This document shows positions 40,468-52,497 of a stretch of DNA of 64,000 nt, in pieces. Within the stretch, counting starts at the first letter, position 1. Each line of letters begins with the position of its first letter. The notes below the pieces were generated by a model. The model had not been told where the DNA came from, did no database searches, and saw nothing but the letters and a program-made list of their open reading frames with translations. This stretch comes from Opitutales bacterium. GTDB lineage: Bacteria; Verrucomicrobiota; Verrucomicrobiia; Opitutales; UBA2987. Where the stretch lies: contig CBDDEL010000016.1 of the NCBI GenBank assembly GCA_965226885.1, forward strand, positions 480,001 to 544,000, given 5' to 3'. Made by a program: the position numbers and the translations under genes.

Positions 40468-42838
40468 CCCGGATATTTCATGAAGGGTAAAGTTTGGCTC
40501 GTTATTGCTATTGGAGATGGATTTCTTTGTATTTTGGGCGGATCGTCTTGATTTTGAGGTGTTTTTCAGGGTGTAGAGACACTTCCCCCTTTCCCCCATT
40601 GGTTCGGTAGCGCCGGGGGCAGCGCCAATGCGCCCTTTAGGTTGGCACCAACCGGCGGGCCGCATGGTTGAAAAGACTGGCCCATGGATAACTTTCACTT
40701 AGATGAAAGTGAATCGTTCGGGTGTTGCGCACGATTACCGCTCCGATCTTGATTAATTTTAGCCGTAGACTGTGGCATTGGAGCCGCGCCCACTTCGTCC
40801 CTTTTAATGCGAACCGGCGCAAGGCTTCCATCAAGGTGTAGGCCAGCCCCGACAAGAGCAATCGCCACTGGTTGGCCCACCATTTATGCGCGCTGGTGCG
40901 TTCGCTGAACAATTGCATCTGTTCCTTGATCCGGTTCTCCATCTCACCGCGGCCACAGTATACTTTGTCGTAAAGCTCTTGGGGATCGCCCGGCAGGTTC
41001 GTCACCACGAAGCGCGGGTTGGACCCCTGTGCGGTGTGTTCGGCTTTGTGGATGATAAGGCGTTGGCGCCGCCACGATTTTGCCCCATACTCGAAGTGCT
41101 GAAACAGCCGTTGCTTTTTGCCGCTACCCTCGAACCATTGTTTGGCTTGCTCCTGCAACTGCCGGGCCGCTTGCTGCAAGCGTGCATGGCGGGCCGTTCC
41201 CACTATAAAATAAACCTCGTTGCGCTCGCACCACGAGAGAATCCGATCCCGGCAGAATCCGCTGTCGGCACGCCAAATAATCCGCGTATGGGGCCAGCTT
41301 TGGCGAATCCGTTTAACCAGCAATTTGAGGATGGCCCCGGCATGCTTGCTCGCATCGATCTTGCTGGGCCGCAGGTAGGCCACCAGAAGCTGATCGCCGC
41401 AAAAAACATACAGCGGCAAAAAACAGTAATGATCATAATAACCGTGGAAAAAACGTCCCTCCTGGAGCCCGTGCACCGGATTGTCGGTGGCGTCAAAGTC
41501 CAGGATGATCTCTTCGGGTTCCTCGGCAAAGGATCCCATGAACTGTTCGACCAGCAACTCGTTCAGGGCAAAGGCTGCCCGCCGATCCTGCCCGTTTTCA
41601 AAACGACACAAAGTCGGCGCGCTGGCCAACGCTTCAGTGCGCCCCGTTACCGTTTGCAACAAAGGATCGCGGCGCAGGGTGTCAAAGTCGTTCAAATCCT
41701 CATAGCCCGCCACCAGCCCGTAAACGCGCTGCCGGATCATGGCCAGCATCTCATGGCGCACTTTGCCCTTCTGCCGTTTGTCTACTAATTGCCGGGCCGC
41801 TTGCTCGGTCAAGCCCAACCGCCGATCCACTTCCCGGATCAAAAGCAGCCCGGCATCCGAAGTAACCTCACCGCCCTTAAAATCAACCCGCACACGGCGG
41901 CCTTTTACCCTTGTCAACTGTAGTTCTAATTGTTTACTTTTTGGTAGTGTTAACATTTTGAATGTTTAAGCTGTACTTTTTAGCGTGATTATGTTGTGAA
42001 CTGGGAATGGTCCATATCACAGTAAAATGTCCTCAATGCGGAAGCGATCACATCATCAAGCACGGCAAGGATCCGAAAGGGGTTCAGAAGTATCGATGCA
42101 AGGGGTGTGGTTATCAGTTTCGGCTTCACCCCAAAAGTCGTGAGCATCCTCCGGCGCTGGTCAAGCAGGTGCTCCGTGCGCACCAAAACCGGATGAGCCT
42201 GCGTGCCATTTACCGTACCTTCGGGGTAGCCCCAAAGACGGTCATCGAATGGATTAAAAAAAAGTCCTGAGTTTGCCGAAGCTGGAGTCCACTCTGCTTG
42301 CCCGCCAGTGTAGTGATGTGCTGGAACTGGACGAGGTGTGGTCATTCTGGGGCGATAAGCGTTCGGGGCAGGTATGGCTATGGGTAGCCTTGTGTCGACG
42401 TACCCGACAGGTCGTCGGGTTTTCTCTGGGTGATCGTAGCGATCAAACGTGCTGGCAGTTGTATCACAACATCGCCCAGCCCTATCGCGACTGTGCCACC
42501 GTAAGCGATTACTGGGAAAGCTACGACAAGGTTTTCCCTCACAACAGCGCCAGCGGGAAACAATCCGGCCAAACCGCCCATATCGAACGCTGGAACAATA
42601 CCTTGCGACAGTCCCTGTCACGCTATGTGCGTAAAACGCTGTCATTCTCGAAGTCTTTGGTCATGCATTTTCGCGTCCTGTGCTTGTTCATCTGGGAATA
42701 CAACAGCAATATCAAATATTCGTCATGTTAACACTACCTACTTTTTGTCATCGCTGATATTGCTTTAATGTTTAATCTATCCTGCTGTATATCAGCAGAT
42801 AAGCATATCAGCGATACTTTTTTTATGAAATTTCCGGG
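40468..42838 (-). mobile_element. IS1380-family element variant B, interrupted near its start codon by IS1
   Basis: Both TIRs present. Subtracting IS1 plus its TSD gives 1567 bp. Confidence 0.95.
41943..42738 (+). mobile_element. IS1-family element, intact (insA 42007-42270, insB to 42731)
   Basis: TIRs GGTAGTGTTAACAT, 8-bp TSD TACTTTTT, Zn-ribbon CPQC...CKGC, A8G frameshift site, ELDEVW, SDYW and IERWNNTLR. Confidence 0.96.
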
Positions 42839-43412
42839 CTAACCCTGCCGGTGGTTAACTCCTTTATATATGGAGAGGAAAAGAAAATAGAGAACACGGA
42901 ACGCTCCAATCGCCTGGTCAACCGCGGACGGGACCTGCGGAAAATCGGCGACCTGCAAGGCTCCCTGCACGATCTCAATGAAGCCGTTCGCATCAATCCC
43001 TATAATACCGCGGCCTACGTGCAAAGAGGCATCACAAGAGCCCAAACAAAGGATTTCGACGGTTCCTATTTCGATTTCGAGAAAGTGCTGGAAATAGATC
43101 CGGGAGATATTACAGCCCTCTTCGGTCGCGCCGTCATGCACGATATTACAGCCCTCTTCGGTCGCGCCGTCATGCACGAGATGAAAAATGACATCAATGG
43201 GGCCATGCAGGATTTTAATACCGTGCTGCGTTTGAAACCCGACCATAACATGGCCACCTTTAAACGTGGAAACCTCAAGCTCGGCCTCGGCCTTTATAAA
43301 GAGGCGATTGAAGATTATACAAAGGTCATCGATCGAAGACCAAACACTACCACTGTTCTCTCGGCCCGGGGGATCGCGAAAATGCAAACCGGAGATCTGA
43401 CTGGCGCCTTAG
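42839..43412 (+). pseudogene. TPR protein internal fragment stranded between two IS1380 copies
   Basis: TPR repeats cut at both ends by IS termini. Contains an in-frame 36-bp duplication at 43106-43177 (DITALFGRAVMH x2). Confidence 0.8.
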
Positions 43413-44994
43413 CCCGGATATTTCATGAAGGGTAAAGTTTGGCTCGTTATTGCTATTGGAGATGGATTTCTTTGTATTTTGAGCAGATCGTCTTGATTTT
43501 TAGGTGTTTTTCAGGGTGTAGAGACACTGCCCCCTTTCCCCCATTGGTTCGGTAGTGCCGGGGGCAGCACCAATGCACCCTTTAGGTTGGCACCAATTAG
43601 GTTGGCACCAATCGGCGGGCCGCATGGTTGAAAAGACTGGCCCAAGGATAACTCTCACTTAGGTGAAAGTGAATCGTTCGGGTGTTGCGCACGATGACCG
43701 CTCCGATCTTGATTAATTTGAGCCGCAGGGTGTGGCATTGGGCCCGCGCCCACTTCGTCCCTTTTAAGGCTAACCGGCGCATGGCTTCCATCAAGGTGTA
43801 GGCCAGCGCCGACAAGAGCAATCGCCACTGATTGGCCCACCATTGATGGGCGCTGGTGCGCTCGCTGAACAATTGCATCTGTTCCTTGATTCGGTTCTCC
43901 ATTTCACCGCGGCCACAGTATACCTTGTCGTAAAGCTCCTGGGGATCGCCCGGCAGGTTCGTCACCACGAAGCGCGGGTTGGACCCCTGTGCGGTGTGTT
44001 CGGCTTTATGGATGACCAACCGCAGCCATCGCCACGAATCGGCAGCATAGACGAAGTCCTGGAATAACCGTTGTTTTTTACCCCTTAGTTCGAACCATTC
44101 TTTGGCCTGCTTTTGCAACTGCTGGGCGTCTTGCTGCAAGCGTGCATTGCGAGCCATCCCCACGATGTAACTAACTTCGTTGCGGTCGCACCAAGAGAGT
44201 ATCCGGTCTCGACAAAATCCACTGTCGGCGCGCCAAATAATCCGCGTACGGGGCCAGCTTTGGCGAATCCGTTTAACCAGCAATTTGAGGATGGCCCCGG
44301 CATGCTTGCTGGCATCGATCTTGCTCGGCCGCAGGTAGGCCACCAGCAGCTGATCACCGCAAAAAACATATAGCGGCAGAAAACAGTAATGATCATAATA
44401 ACCGTGGAAAAAACGTCCCTCCTGGAGCCCGTGCACCGGATTGTCGGTGGCGTCAAAGTCCAGGATGATCTCTTCGGGTTCCTCGGCAAAGGAGCCCATG
44501 AACTGTTCGACCAACAGCTCGTTTACCGCAAAGGCCGCCCGCCGATCCTGCCCGTTTTCAAAACGACACAAAGTCGGCGCGCTGGCCAACGTTTCAATGC
44601 GCCCCGTTACCGTTTGCAACAATGGATCGTGGCGCAGGGTATCAAAGTCGTTCAAATCCTCATAGCCCGCCACCAGCCCGTAAACGCGCTGCCGCAGCAT
44701 CCCCAATACCTCATGGCGTACTTTGCCCTTCTGCCGTTTGTCCACTAACTGTCGGGCCGCTCGTTCGGTCAAGCCCAACTGCCGATCCACTTCCCGGATC
44801 AAAAGCAGTCCGGCATCCGAAGTAACCTCTCCGCCCTTGAAATCAACCCGCACACGGCGGCCTTTTACCCTTGTCAACTGTAGCTTTAATTGTTTACCTT
44901 TTGTCATCGCTGATATTGCTTTAATTATTGATCTATCCTGCTGTATATCAGCAGTTAAGCATATCAACGATACTTTTTTTACGAAATATCCGGG
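43413..44994 (-). mobile_element. IS1380-family element variant A, intact transposase 43597-44907
   Basis: Both TIRs present. 1567 bp plus a private 15-bp duplication at 43582-43611. Confidence 0.96.
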
Positions 44995-45260
44995 CTAGGG
45001 GCTAATTAGGGGTAGATGGGTAGGTTTATTCTGATCCGTTGACGGACTCATTGCTATGGTCCCTCTCTCCCAGAGTCAAGCTATTCGCTTTGCTAAGGGA
45101 AAAACTTTTCCCTTATATCGGGGCTGATACCTCTCAGATCGGTAAAACATCTTCCGACAAACACATTTTCAACGTCCTGCACGCTCCATCAACAGAGGAG
45201 TCTAACGTCAGTATTGACGGGAGCTTTTAGGCGTACGGCCCAAAGCATAGTTCGACTTGT

Positions 45261-45665
45261 TTACTTGGCGGCTGGTCGCTGATTTTCGTGAATACAGACA
45301 TGAGCGATCGACGCGGTATGCTGTCCCTTGCACTGGAGGTGGTATTTCAGGTTGCCACTCTTAACGCTCCAGTCGTAAGGGCCGTCAATGGGGCATTCGT
45401 AGGGCTGGTTGAGAAAGCCTTGCGTCACCATGTCATTGATTTGGTCAGGATATAGTCCTTTGGGGAAAGCGTATAGTTCCAGCGCGTCTTGGTAGATTCT
45501 CAAGTTGTTGAGGCAAACGTTAAGTTGTGAAGTCTGACGTATTTTTTGAAAAGCGATCATGGCCATAGCGGCGAGCAGGCCAATGATCACCACAACAATC
45601 ATGATTTCCACAAGAGTGAATGCGGTTGTTCTGGACGCGCGGTATTTGGATCCAATGTGCTTCAT
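45261..45665 (-). CDS. Type IV pilin-like protein (prepilin N-terminal cleavage/methylation motif)
   Basis: AFTLVEIMIVVVIIGLLAAMA followed by a small Cys-containing head. Confidence 0.88.
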   Translation of the reverse strand: MKHIGSKYRASRTTAFTLVEIMIVVVIIGLLAAMAMIAFQKIRQTSQLNVCLNNLRIYQDALELYAFPKGLYPDQINDMVTQGFLNQPYECPIDGPYDWSVKSGNLKYHLQCKGQHTASIAHVCIHENQRPAAK

Positions 45666-45722
45666 GCTTTAATTAAGACAATACGGATGGCATGATTTCC
45701 CGCAAATTGAGATTCTCGTATT

Positions 45723-47047
45723 TGACGTGTACTGGATTTGTTGGACACGGGATTCTCTTATATTCATTGTTTATTGATTAGTGTGTCAGGCGGCTTGTTT
45801 TGGTAAAGGGTTTTGTTTTCTCGTTGCCCCCCATGGGGGGCAAATATTTTCCTCGAATTGGACTGGGCTTTGGTAACTCAGAGAGGAATGTTTGCGATAT
45901 CGGTTGTAGAAGATTTCCACGTATTCGAAGACAGTTGATCGCAGTTCGCGCTCGTCGGCAAAGTGGCGGCCTCGAATCGTGCTGGTCTTGAAGCGGCCGT
46001 AGAACGATTCCATGGCCGCGTTGTCGTAGCAGTTGCCTTGGGCGCTCATGCTCGGCTTCATGCCTAGTTCAGAGACCAGCCTCTGATAGTCGTCGCTGGC
46101 GTAGGGGCTGCCCCGATCGCTGTGATGAATAATCCCGGTGCGCAGTGTGCCGCGGGTCATGGCCGCGGCTTTGAGGGCCTTGCCAACCAGCTTCGCGTCG
46201 TTGTGGTTGGAAACGCTCCAGCCCAGCAGGCGTCGGCTGAACAGGTCCATCACCGTGGCCAAGTACATCCAACCGGCCAGGGTCCGTAGGTAGGTCGTGT
46301 CCGCCACCCAGACCTCGTCGATATGGGTCGGCTGGCCATGCTTTTTAAGCACATTGGGGCTGTAACCATAGGGATGGTTACTGTTGGTTTTTAATGGCTT
46401 AAAGCGTTTACTCTGGGTGCTTTTGATTCCCATTTCACGCATCAGACGCAGAGCCCGGTCACGGCCGCAATCGATGCCCTCATCATCCTTCAGATGGCGG
46501 TGCATTGGCCGATGCCCATAGCGGCCCTTGGCCTCTTTGTGTACCTTCAGGATCGCCCCCTTGATTCCCTCGTCCTCGATCCGCCGGGCCGAGGGCGCTC
46601 GGTGCCTCCAGCAGTAATAGCCACTGCGACAAATCCCCATCGCCGAGCATATTTCCTCGATCTTGAAGCGCCCCTCGTTGTCTTTGACAAACTGGTACTT
46701 CATTGTTCGTCCTTGGCAAAGTAGCCCACCGTTTTTTTTAGTATCTGGTTGATCCGCTCCGAGCGGCGCAGCTCTTTGCGAAGACGATCTATCTCGGCCG
46801 CCATCTCCTTCGGACTGCTCTGTCGCTTTGAGGTGGCTTCGCCCTGCTGATCGTCCAGATAGAGCCTCTTCCACCTATACAATTGGTTGGTGTTGACCCC
46901 AAGTTTGGTCGATACCTCGGTGGCGCTCAGACCATCGAGTATCATCAGTTGAACTGCCTCATTTTTGAACTCTATACTGCGTCTTCTTCCCATGCTTCGA
47001 TTCTCCATTTAGGAGAATCTCGTGTCCACTTTTTCCAGTGCACATCA
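45723..47047 (-). mobile_element. IS3-family element type 1, copy 2
   Basis: Same TIRs as 13523-14850, 4-bp TSD TATT, 3 bp shorter in orfA. Inserted about 57 bp upstream of the pilin start. Confidence 0.96.
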
Positions 47048-47526
47048 TATTTGAGTCGAACTACTATATGTATGCGGCAAATACGCCGCCTATTAAATTA
47101 AGGCTATTGAAAGATTCGGCAGGGGAATATTAGCTGCAAAAGGCTCAAAGGAAGATAAGTCGACCTGTTTCAGGGTAAAGTTAGCGCCAATATTTATGAA
47201 ACCGCAGATTTGAGGATATCGCTTCGCTCGGTACACAGATAAACGCTGATGGGGAGGGTAATTATTGGGTGTTAATTAACGAATATCTGTGTTTATCCGT
47301 TTTTTTGGGGTGAAAATGGGGGAAAAATGAATTTTTTTTCATGTTTATTCAAACGCATCAAACGGAGCCAACGTATCTATTGCAAGTTTTCAGGATTTAT
47401 GTTATAGTGTCGGCTCAACACTGATTTATCAACCTGACCCCGAAAACTATGAAGAAATTTTGTGAATTTAAATTATGCTCTACCGAAACTGATGTGAAAA
47501 TTCTGTCAAAGAAGCCATTTGAAGCA

Positions 47527-47554
47527 TTGACAGGGGTGGAATGTTGCCTAGGTT
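47527..47554 (+). promoter_or_regulatory. Candidate sigma70 promoter of rho
   Basis: TTGACA (47527-47532), 16 bp, TAGGTT (47549-47554). Confidence 0.4.
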
Positions 47555-47729
47555 GGGATGAACTTGCCTTGTATAAGCCGCCTCAATTACCTGATTGAAG
47601 CCAGCCCAAGGCGAATTGCAGGAGGTTTAGGGTTTCTAGAGAAAAGCCTGTCCTCTACACTCACGGATTATTCCGGTCTTTCCGATTTTCCAATATATTT
47701 TCATTACATTTCTTTTCATTTTATTGCGA

Positions 47730-48860
47730 ATGCAAAAAAACGATACATCGCCCCAGGAGGAGCTTGTTGAAGGCATCCTGGAGCCCCAGCCAAATAAAGC
47801 GGGCCAGCTGATCAATCCGGCCCGCAATGGCCGCATGCGCCCTGACGACCCCTTTGTGCCCAGAGAATTGATCCGCCGTTTTAAAATTAACAAGGGCAGT
47901 TGGATATGCGCCAAGGCGCACCGGGACCCCCGTTTTCCCAATCCCAAGGTGCGCTACGTGGATACCATCGACGGTTATCCGGTGGACCAGCGAAAACGGG
48001 AAATCCCATTTTCGCAGTTGACCACCATAACCCCGGATGAATGGCTGCAACTGGAAACCAAGGACGGGGCCATGACGGTGCGGGCGATTGATATGTTTTG
48101 CCCCATCGGCAAGGGGCAGCGGGGTCTCATCGTGGCGCCCCCGCGGACTGGAAAAACCATTATCCTGCGCGATATTGCCTTGGGTGTGCTTGAAAACCAT
48201 CCGGAATGCCATGTCATGATCCTGCTGGTGGATGAGCGCCCGGAGGAAGTCACCGACCTGAAGCGGAGCGTACCCTGCGAAGTCTTCGCCTCCTCCAACG
48301 ACGAGGAAGTAATCAATCATTTGCGTATAGCCGATCTGGCCATCGAGCGGGCCAAAAGATTGGTCGAGGTGGGCAAAGACGTGGTCGTGCTGCTGGATTC
48401 GCTGACCCGGCTGGCCCGCGCCCACAACTCGGCCCGAGGTACCAGCGGGCGCACCATGACGGGTGGGCTGGACATTCGCGCACTGGAGAAACCGCGTCAA
48501 CTGTTCTCGGCGGCTCGCAATACGGAGGAAGCGGGCAGCTTGACCATTATGGCCTCGGCCCTTGTGGAAACGGGCAGCCGCATGGACGACCTGATTTTCC
48601 AGGAATTCAAAGGAACCGGCAACATGGAAATGGTCCTCGACCGCAAAGTGGCCGAACTGCGGATTTGGCCCGCCATGAATATCTCTTCTTCCGGAACCCG
48701 GCGGGAAGAACTCCTCCTGGAGCCTAAAATGCTGGATCGCTGCCATTTCTTTCGACGCGCGTTGGCCGGCATGAAGGTGGATGATGCGGCGGAAACAGCC
48801 ATCACACGTCTGGGGAAAACCAAAAACAACGCGGAGTTTCTGAATCTGATTAACCTCTAG
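47730..48860 (+). CDS. rho: Transcription termination factor Rho (short form)
   Basis: PIGKGQRGLIVAPPRTGKT, DERPEEVTD, LDSLTRLARA, EFKGTGNME and SGTRREELL. Confidence 0.95.
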   Translation: MQKNDTSPQEELVEGILEPQPNKAGQLINPARNGRMRPDDPFVPRELIRRFKINKGSWICAKAHRDPRFPNPKVRYVDTIDGYPVDQRKREIPFSQLTTITPDEWLQLETKDGAMTVRAIDMFCPIGKGQRGLIVAPPRTGKTIILRDIALGVLENHPECHVMILLVDERPEEVTDLKRSVPCEVFASSNDEEVINHLRIADLAIERAKRLVEVGKDVVVLLDSLTRLARAHNSARGTSGRTMTGGLDIRALEKPRQLFSAARNTEEAGSLTIMASALVETGSRMDDLIFQEFKGTGNMEMVLDRKVAELRIWPAMNISSSGTRREELLLEPKMLDRCHFFRRALAGMKVDDAAETAITRLGKTKNNAEFLNLINL

Positions 48861-49034
48861 GAGCATAGCATCATACCGCAAACATGGGCAATGCAGTAAC
48901 CAAAATATAAGGATATGGACGAGAAAAGATCAGAGAAGGAACGGTGGGGTATCCGCAAAAGACCCCGGAAATTTTTTTTTATTTTATTAGTGCATTTTCA
49001 TTTGTAAGCACTAACTTGCCTTTTTTCTTTTTGC

Positions 49035-50798
49035 ATGCATAATTTTGCTGATCAGTGTCTGGACATGGCCCGCACAATGTTGGGTCAAAATCTTGGCGCA
49101 ATCAACGAGGACGGTTCCATATCGCCAGTTGAGGGCGAAAACCCGCGCTTGGATGAGCCCGGACATGCCGCTTTGGCTATAGGGGAATACCACCGCTTGA
49201 CGGGCGATACGCAGTTGGAGGATTTCGACCTGGTCGATCTGGCCGCCCGCACCATAACGGCCCAGGTTTTCACGGAAGAAAGCCAGGAAAACGGTCTGGC
49301 CTATACCGCCCTGGGGCTACTCTCCTTCGGGCCCTCCAAGGACCGCAACCCGGTTTGGGAACGACTACTCGACCCAACGCGGGAAAAACTGGACCATCGC
49401 CTACTGGCCCGCACCGATTACGATAACCACATGCAAGCCTTTAATGTGGCCAAGGCGGTTGCAAGGTTCAGCATGGGCCTTTCCAAAAAAGATGAAACAG
49501 GCCGCCTGATCGATCGATTTATCGAGCGAATCAAGACCAATAGTTCGGCCAATTACGCGGACGACGGCCCCGAGGAAGGAATGGGCGGCGTATTCGATAT
49601 TTACGGTATTTTGAGCTTCGTATTCATCCGCCAGGCCTTACAACTGCACTCCAACATGCACCTGAGGGAAAGAAAACTGCCTAGTTTGCGAACGTTCGCG
49701 GAAAAATATATCCGCATGATGCCGGACATCGTGCGGCAGGATGGCATGGGCTGGATTTACGGCCGGGGCATCGGCGCTTACGGTCAAATGCACTGCATCA
49801 GCCTATTACTCCAGGGTATGAGAGACGGTTGGATTACCGATGACAAGAAACCAATGTATTGTGACATACTGCGTCGATTATTTCAGTTTTTCTTCTTAAC
49901 TTATCTGGACCAGGAAAACGGAAATATGGTGGTAAGGGACGCAGAGCGTGACACGACTGATGCGCATACTACACGCATGGCCAATTTTGACGGCGCCCGC
50001 TACCTCTGCCAATGGGCTAGACTGGCCCGATCCATCGGCGGCGCCATGACTTCTGAAGCGTCTCTCACCCGAACTAGTGGACGGTTCGTCATTTTCGATA
50101 AAAGCAATCGCAAGGAACAGGGGCTATTTATTTATCAGGATACCGATAGCGGATTGCACATCCAACTGCCTTTGGTCGGGGCTGGTTCCCAGATTTCGTC
50201 CAATTCATTGTCCTTTCCGCATTGCCCTGGGGTGTTCGACTGGCCCTCCAACCACTACCTGCCGGTCATGATGCCGGAATTGACATTCGGCGACAAAGTC
50301 ATTGTGCCCTCCTATTATGGAAAAAAATGCGTTACTGGGCTAGGCCTTAGGCGCTCATTCTACTTCAGATACCAGCAGCCCGAGTTGATTACGAAGGAGG
50401 GAAAAATAGTGCCTGGCTTGGGCAGTGTTAATGTTTCCTGGACCTTTGCCGGCAACAAAGTGATTAGCGATTTCATTTTCCGGGTAAAAAACAGGGTGCA
50501 AATGGACCAGATGCGCTATGTTCTGGTCATTGGAGCACCCCACTCCAACTACCGGATTGGCACAACCTATACTTTGGGTGCTGAGGGTTTGCGCTGCCAA
50601 GTGCTCAATGACGATTTTCAGGCCATTTGGGAAAATACCGAAGTTGTTACCAATGAGCCGCAATTTAAAACTATTTACGGCAATATCCACTACTTGCAAA
50701 CTTTTTCCCGCGACCACGCGCTCATCATGCGTCCCGGACAGCAATACCGTTTAACCGTCACTTTCGAGCCTGATATCATTTTCGCATTCGCAGAGTAG
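49035..50798 (+). CDS. Large cytoplasmic hypothetical protein (helical N-part, beta-rich C-part)
   Basis: 587-aa uninterrupted ORF, no signal peptide, no motif confidently recognised. Confidence 0.8.
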   Translation: MHNFADQCLDMARTMLGQNLGAINEDGSISPVEGENPRLDEPGHAALAIGEYHRLTGDTQLEDFDLVDLAARTITAQVFTEESQENGLAYTALGLLSFGPSKDRNPVWERLLDPTREKLDHRLLARTDYDNHMQAFNVAKAVARFSMGLSKKDETGRLIDRFIERIKTNSSANYADDGPEEGMGGVFDIYGILSFVFIRQALQLHSNMHLRERKLPSLRTFAEKYIRMMPDIVRQDGMGWIYGRGIGAYGQMHCISLLLQGMRDGWITDDKKPMYCDILRRLFQFFFLTYLDQENGNMVVRDAERDTTDAHTTRMANFDGARYLCQWARLARSIGGAMTSEASLTRTSGRFVIFDKSNRKEQGLFIYQDTDSGLHIQLPLVGAGSQISSNSLSFPHCPGVFDWPSNHYLPVMMPELTFGDKVIVPSYYGKKCVTGLGLRRSFYFRYQQPELITKEGKIVPGLGSVNVSWTFAGNKVISDFIFRVKNRVQMDQMRYVLVIGAPHSNYRIGTTYTLGAEGLRCQVLNDDFQAIWENTEVVTNEPQFKTIYGNIHYLQTFSRDHALIMRPGQQYRLTVTFEPDIIFAFAE

Positions 50799-50881
50799 TA
50801 GGCAATCAATGGCCCCGGCAGCCTCACCTTAGGGCAGTGGAAAGAGAACTCGATTGGCCACAAATTTATAGCCTATTCAAA

Positions 50882-51643
50882 ATGCTTTCCATACGCATCA
50901 TTCCATGCCTCGACGTAACCGCGGGTAGGGTCGTCAAAGGCATCCGCTTTAAACAGTTGCGCGATGCCGGCGATCCTGTGGAAATTGCCGCCGCTTATGA
51001 AAAACAAGGTGCCGACGAGCTAGTCTTTCTGGATATTACGGCTTCTAGCGATGGGCGGCAAATCATGCGAAAAGTGGTCGAGGCGACCGCTGCCCAATGC
51101 TTCATGCCGCTAACCGTGGGAGGAGGTTTGCGAAACCTGGAAGACATCCGGCAGATGCTAAATTCGGGGGCCGACAGGGTCAGTCTCAATACAGCGGCCG
51201 TAGACAACCCGGACCTTGTTTTACAAGCGGCCCAAAAATTTGGGAACCAATGCATTGTTCTTGCCATTGATGCTAAAAGAAACCCCGATGGGAAAAGCTG
51301 GCAGGTTTATACTCACGGCGGCCGCAATCGCACTACGATTGACGCCGTGGAATGGGCGCAAAAACTTTGTCGTCTTGGGGCGGGGGAAATTCTTCTCACC
51401 AGCATGGATCGGGATGGAACCTGCAAGGGCTATGATATCGAGCTGACCAGGAGAATCAGCGATGCGATCGAGGCTCCGGTTATCGCCTCTGGAGGGGCGG
51501 GCAATCTCGATCACTTGGCCGAAGTTCTGAAAGAAGGCAGGGCGAGCGCCGTTTTGGCGGCATCTATTTTCCATTTCGGAGAATATAAAATCATTGAGGC
51601 TAAACGAAGATTAGCCAAGGTAGGAATACCGGTCAGACTGTGA
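50882..51643 (+). CDS. hisF: Imidazole glycerol phosphate synthase cyclase subunit
   Basis: [48 protein letters not shown] and AASIFH. Confidence 0.97.
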   Translation: MLSIRIIPCLDVTAGRVVKGIRFKQLRDAGDPVEIAAAYEKQGADELVFLDITASSDGRQIMRKVVEATAAQCFMPLTVGGGLRNLEDIRQMLNSGADRVSLNTAAVDNPDLVLQAAQKFGNQCIVLAIDAKRNPDGKSWQVYTHGGRNRTTIDAVEWAQKLCRLGAGEILLTSMDRDGTCKGYDIELTRRISDAIEAPVIASGGAGNLDHLAEVLKEGRASAVLAASIFHFGEYKIIEAKRRLAKVGIPVRL

Positions 51644-51691
51644 TTGGAATTCGCCTCTTCATCCATCTCTGGTTTGAGAAGGCTCTCAGTT

Positions 51692-51961
51692 TTATTTATA
51701 CACCTGCAAATATTGCATGGCCTTGTCGTAACTGCGGCGAGCGAGAAAATGAGCCAATTGGGGTTCGAGGCCGTTACGGTGCTCCTGCAGCCAAGCATCG
51801 ATCGACTGAATCACATTTACCAAACCTGTGCCCTGTTCTTCCGACAAAGAATGGAGGAGTTCCTTCAATCGTTTCAATGGAGGTGTTTCCGATGTCACAA
51901 GGCAGATTCGATGAATATTACGATAAAAATTTATTATGAACAGTTCCCGGCCATAAAGCAA
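51692..51961 (-). CDS. Small hypothetical protein
   Basis: The C-terminal LEPQLAHFLARRSYDKA looks like a real helical motif. The true start is probably later than 51961. Confidence 0.45.
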   Translation of the reverse strand: MLYGRELFIINFYRNIHRICLVTSETPPLKRLKELLHSLSEEQGTGLVNVIQSIDAWLQEHRNGLEPQLAHFLARRSYDKAMQYLQVYK

Positions 51962-52497
51962 GGTTTTAAGAAAAATAACGGTTAATAAAATTGATGGATT
52001 CGACAGCTAATTCCTGAAAATTAAACAGCAAACGATCATGGATAAGCAATACAAAATCGTACCGCTCATCACCTATCAAATCCATGACGACGATTTCGCG
52101 CGGTTTGTTGTAACGAAAACCGAAATTCGAATTGAGAGGATCGAAAGCAAAAGCGTCCCGGTTTTTCATAAATGTTTTCAACACGGTCAAGGGTATGGCA
52201 GAGGAAAGTCCTTCCGGCCCTCCCCTCCCTTGATTTCAAGAGGGCCGGATCCAGCTCCGGGCTGCTGGCCACAATGCGTACGTTCTCGAAAGACACTTTC
52301 AACAAATCGTGAATGGTTTTTTCAAAAAGTGTGATCGCTATTTCTTGCTCGCCACGATAACGTGATCGTTGATCACCAAATATCCTGAAAGGTGAATGAG
52401 AAATCGAGAACCCAGGCCGGACCACGTGCTAATTTAAATGACGGTCTCTCCATTGGCATCAACCTGTTCTTTGAGCGATTCCACCTACGGAGATAGC

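Noticed and set aside
47721..48881. 386-aa minus-strand ORF, and similar long antisense ORFs at 28262-29248, 35316-36218, 40886-41788 and 57141-58352
   Set aside because: Shadow frames of rho and transposases with no recognisable motifs.
51966..52425. Two overlapping minus-strand ORFs as a split gene
   Set aside because: No recognisable family or restorable frameshift was found. One may be real, but it cannot be supported.
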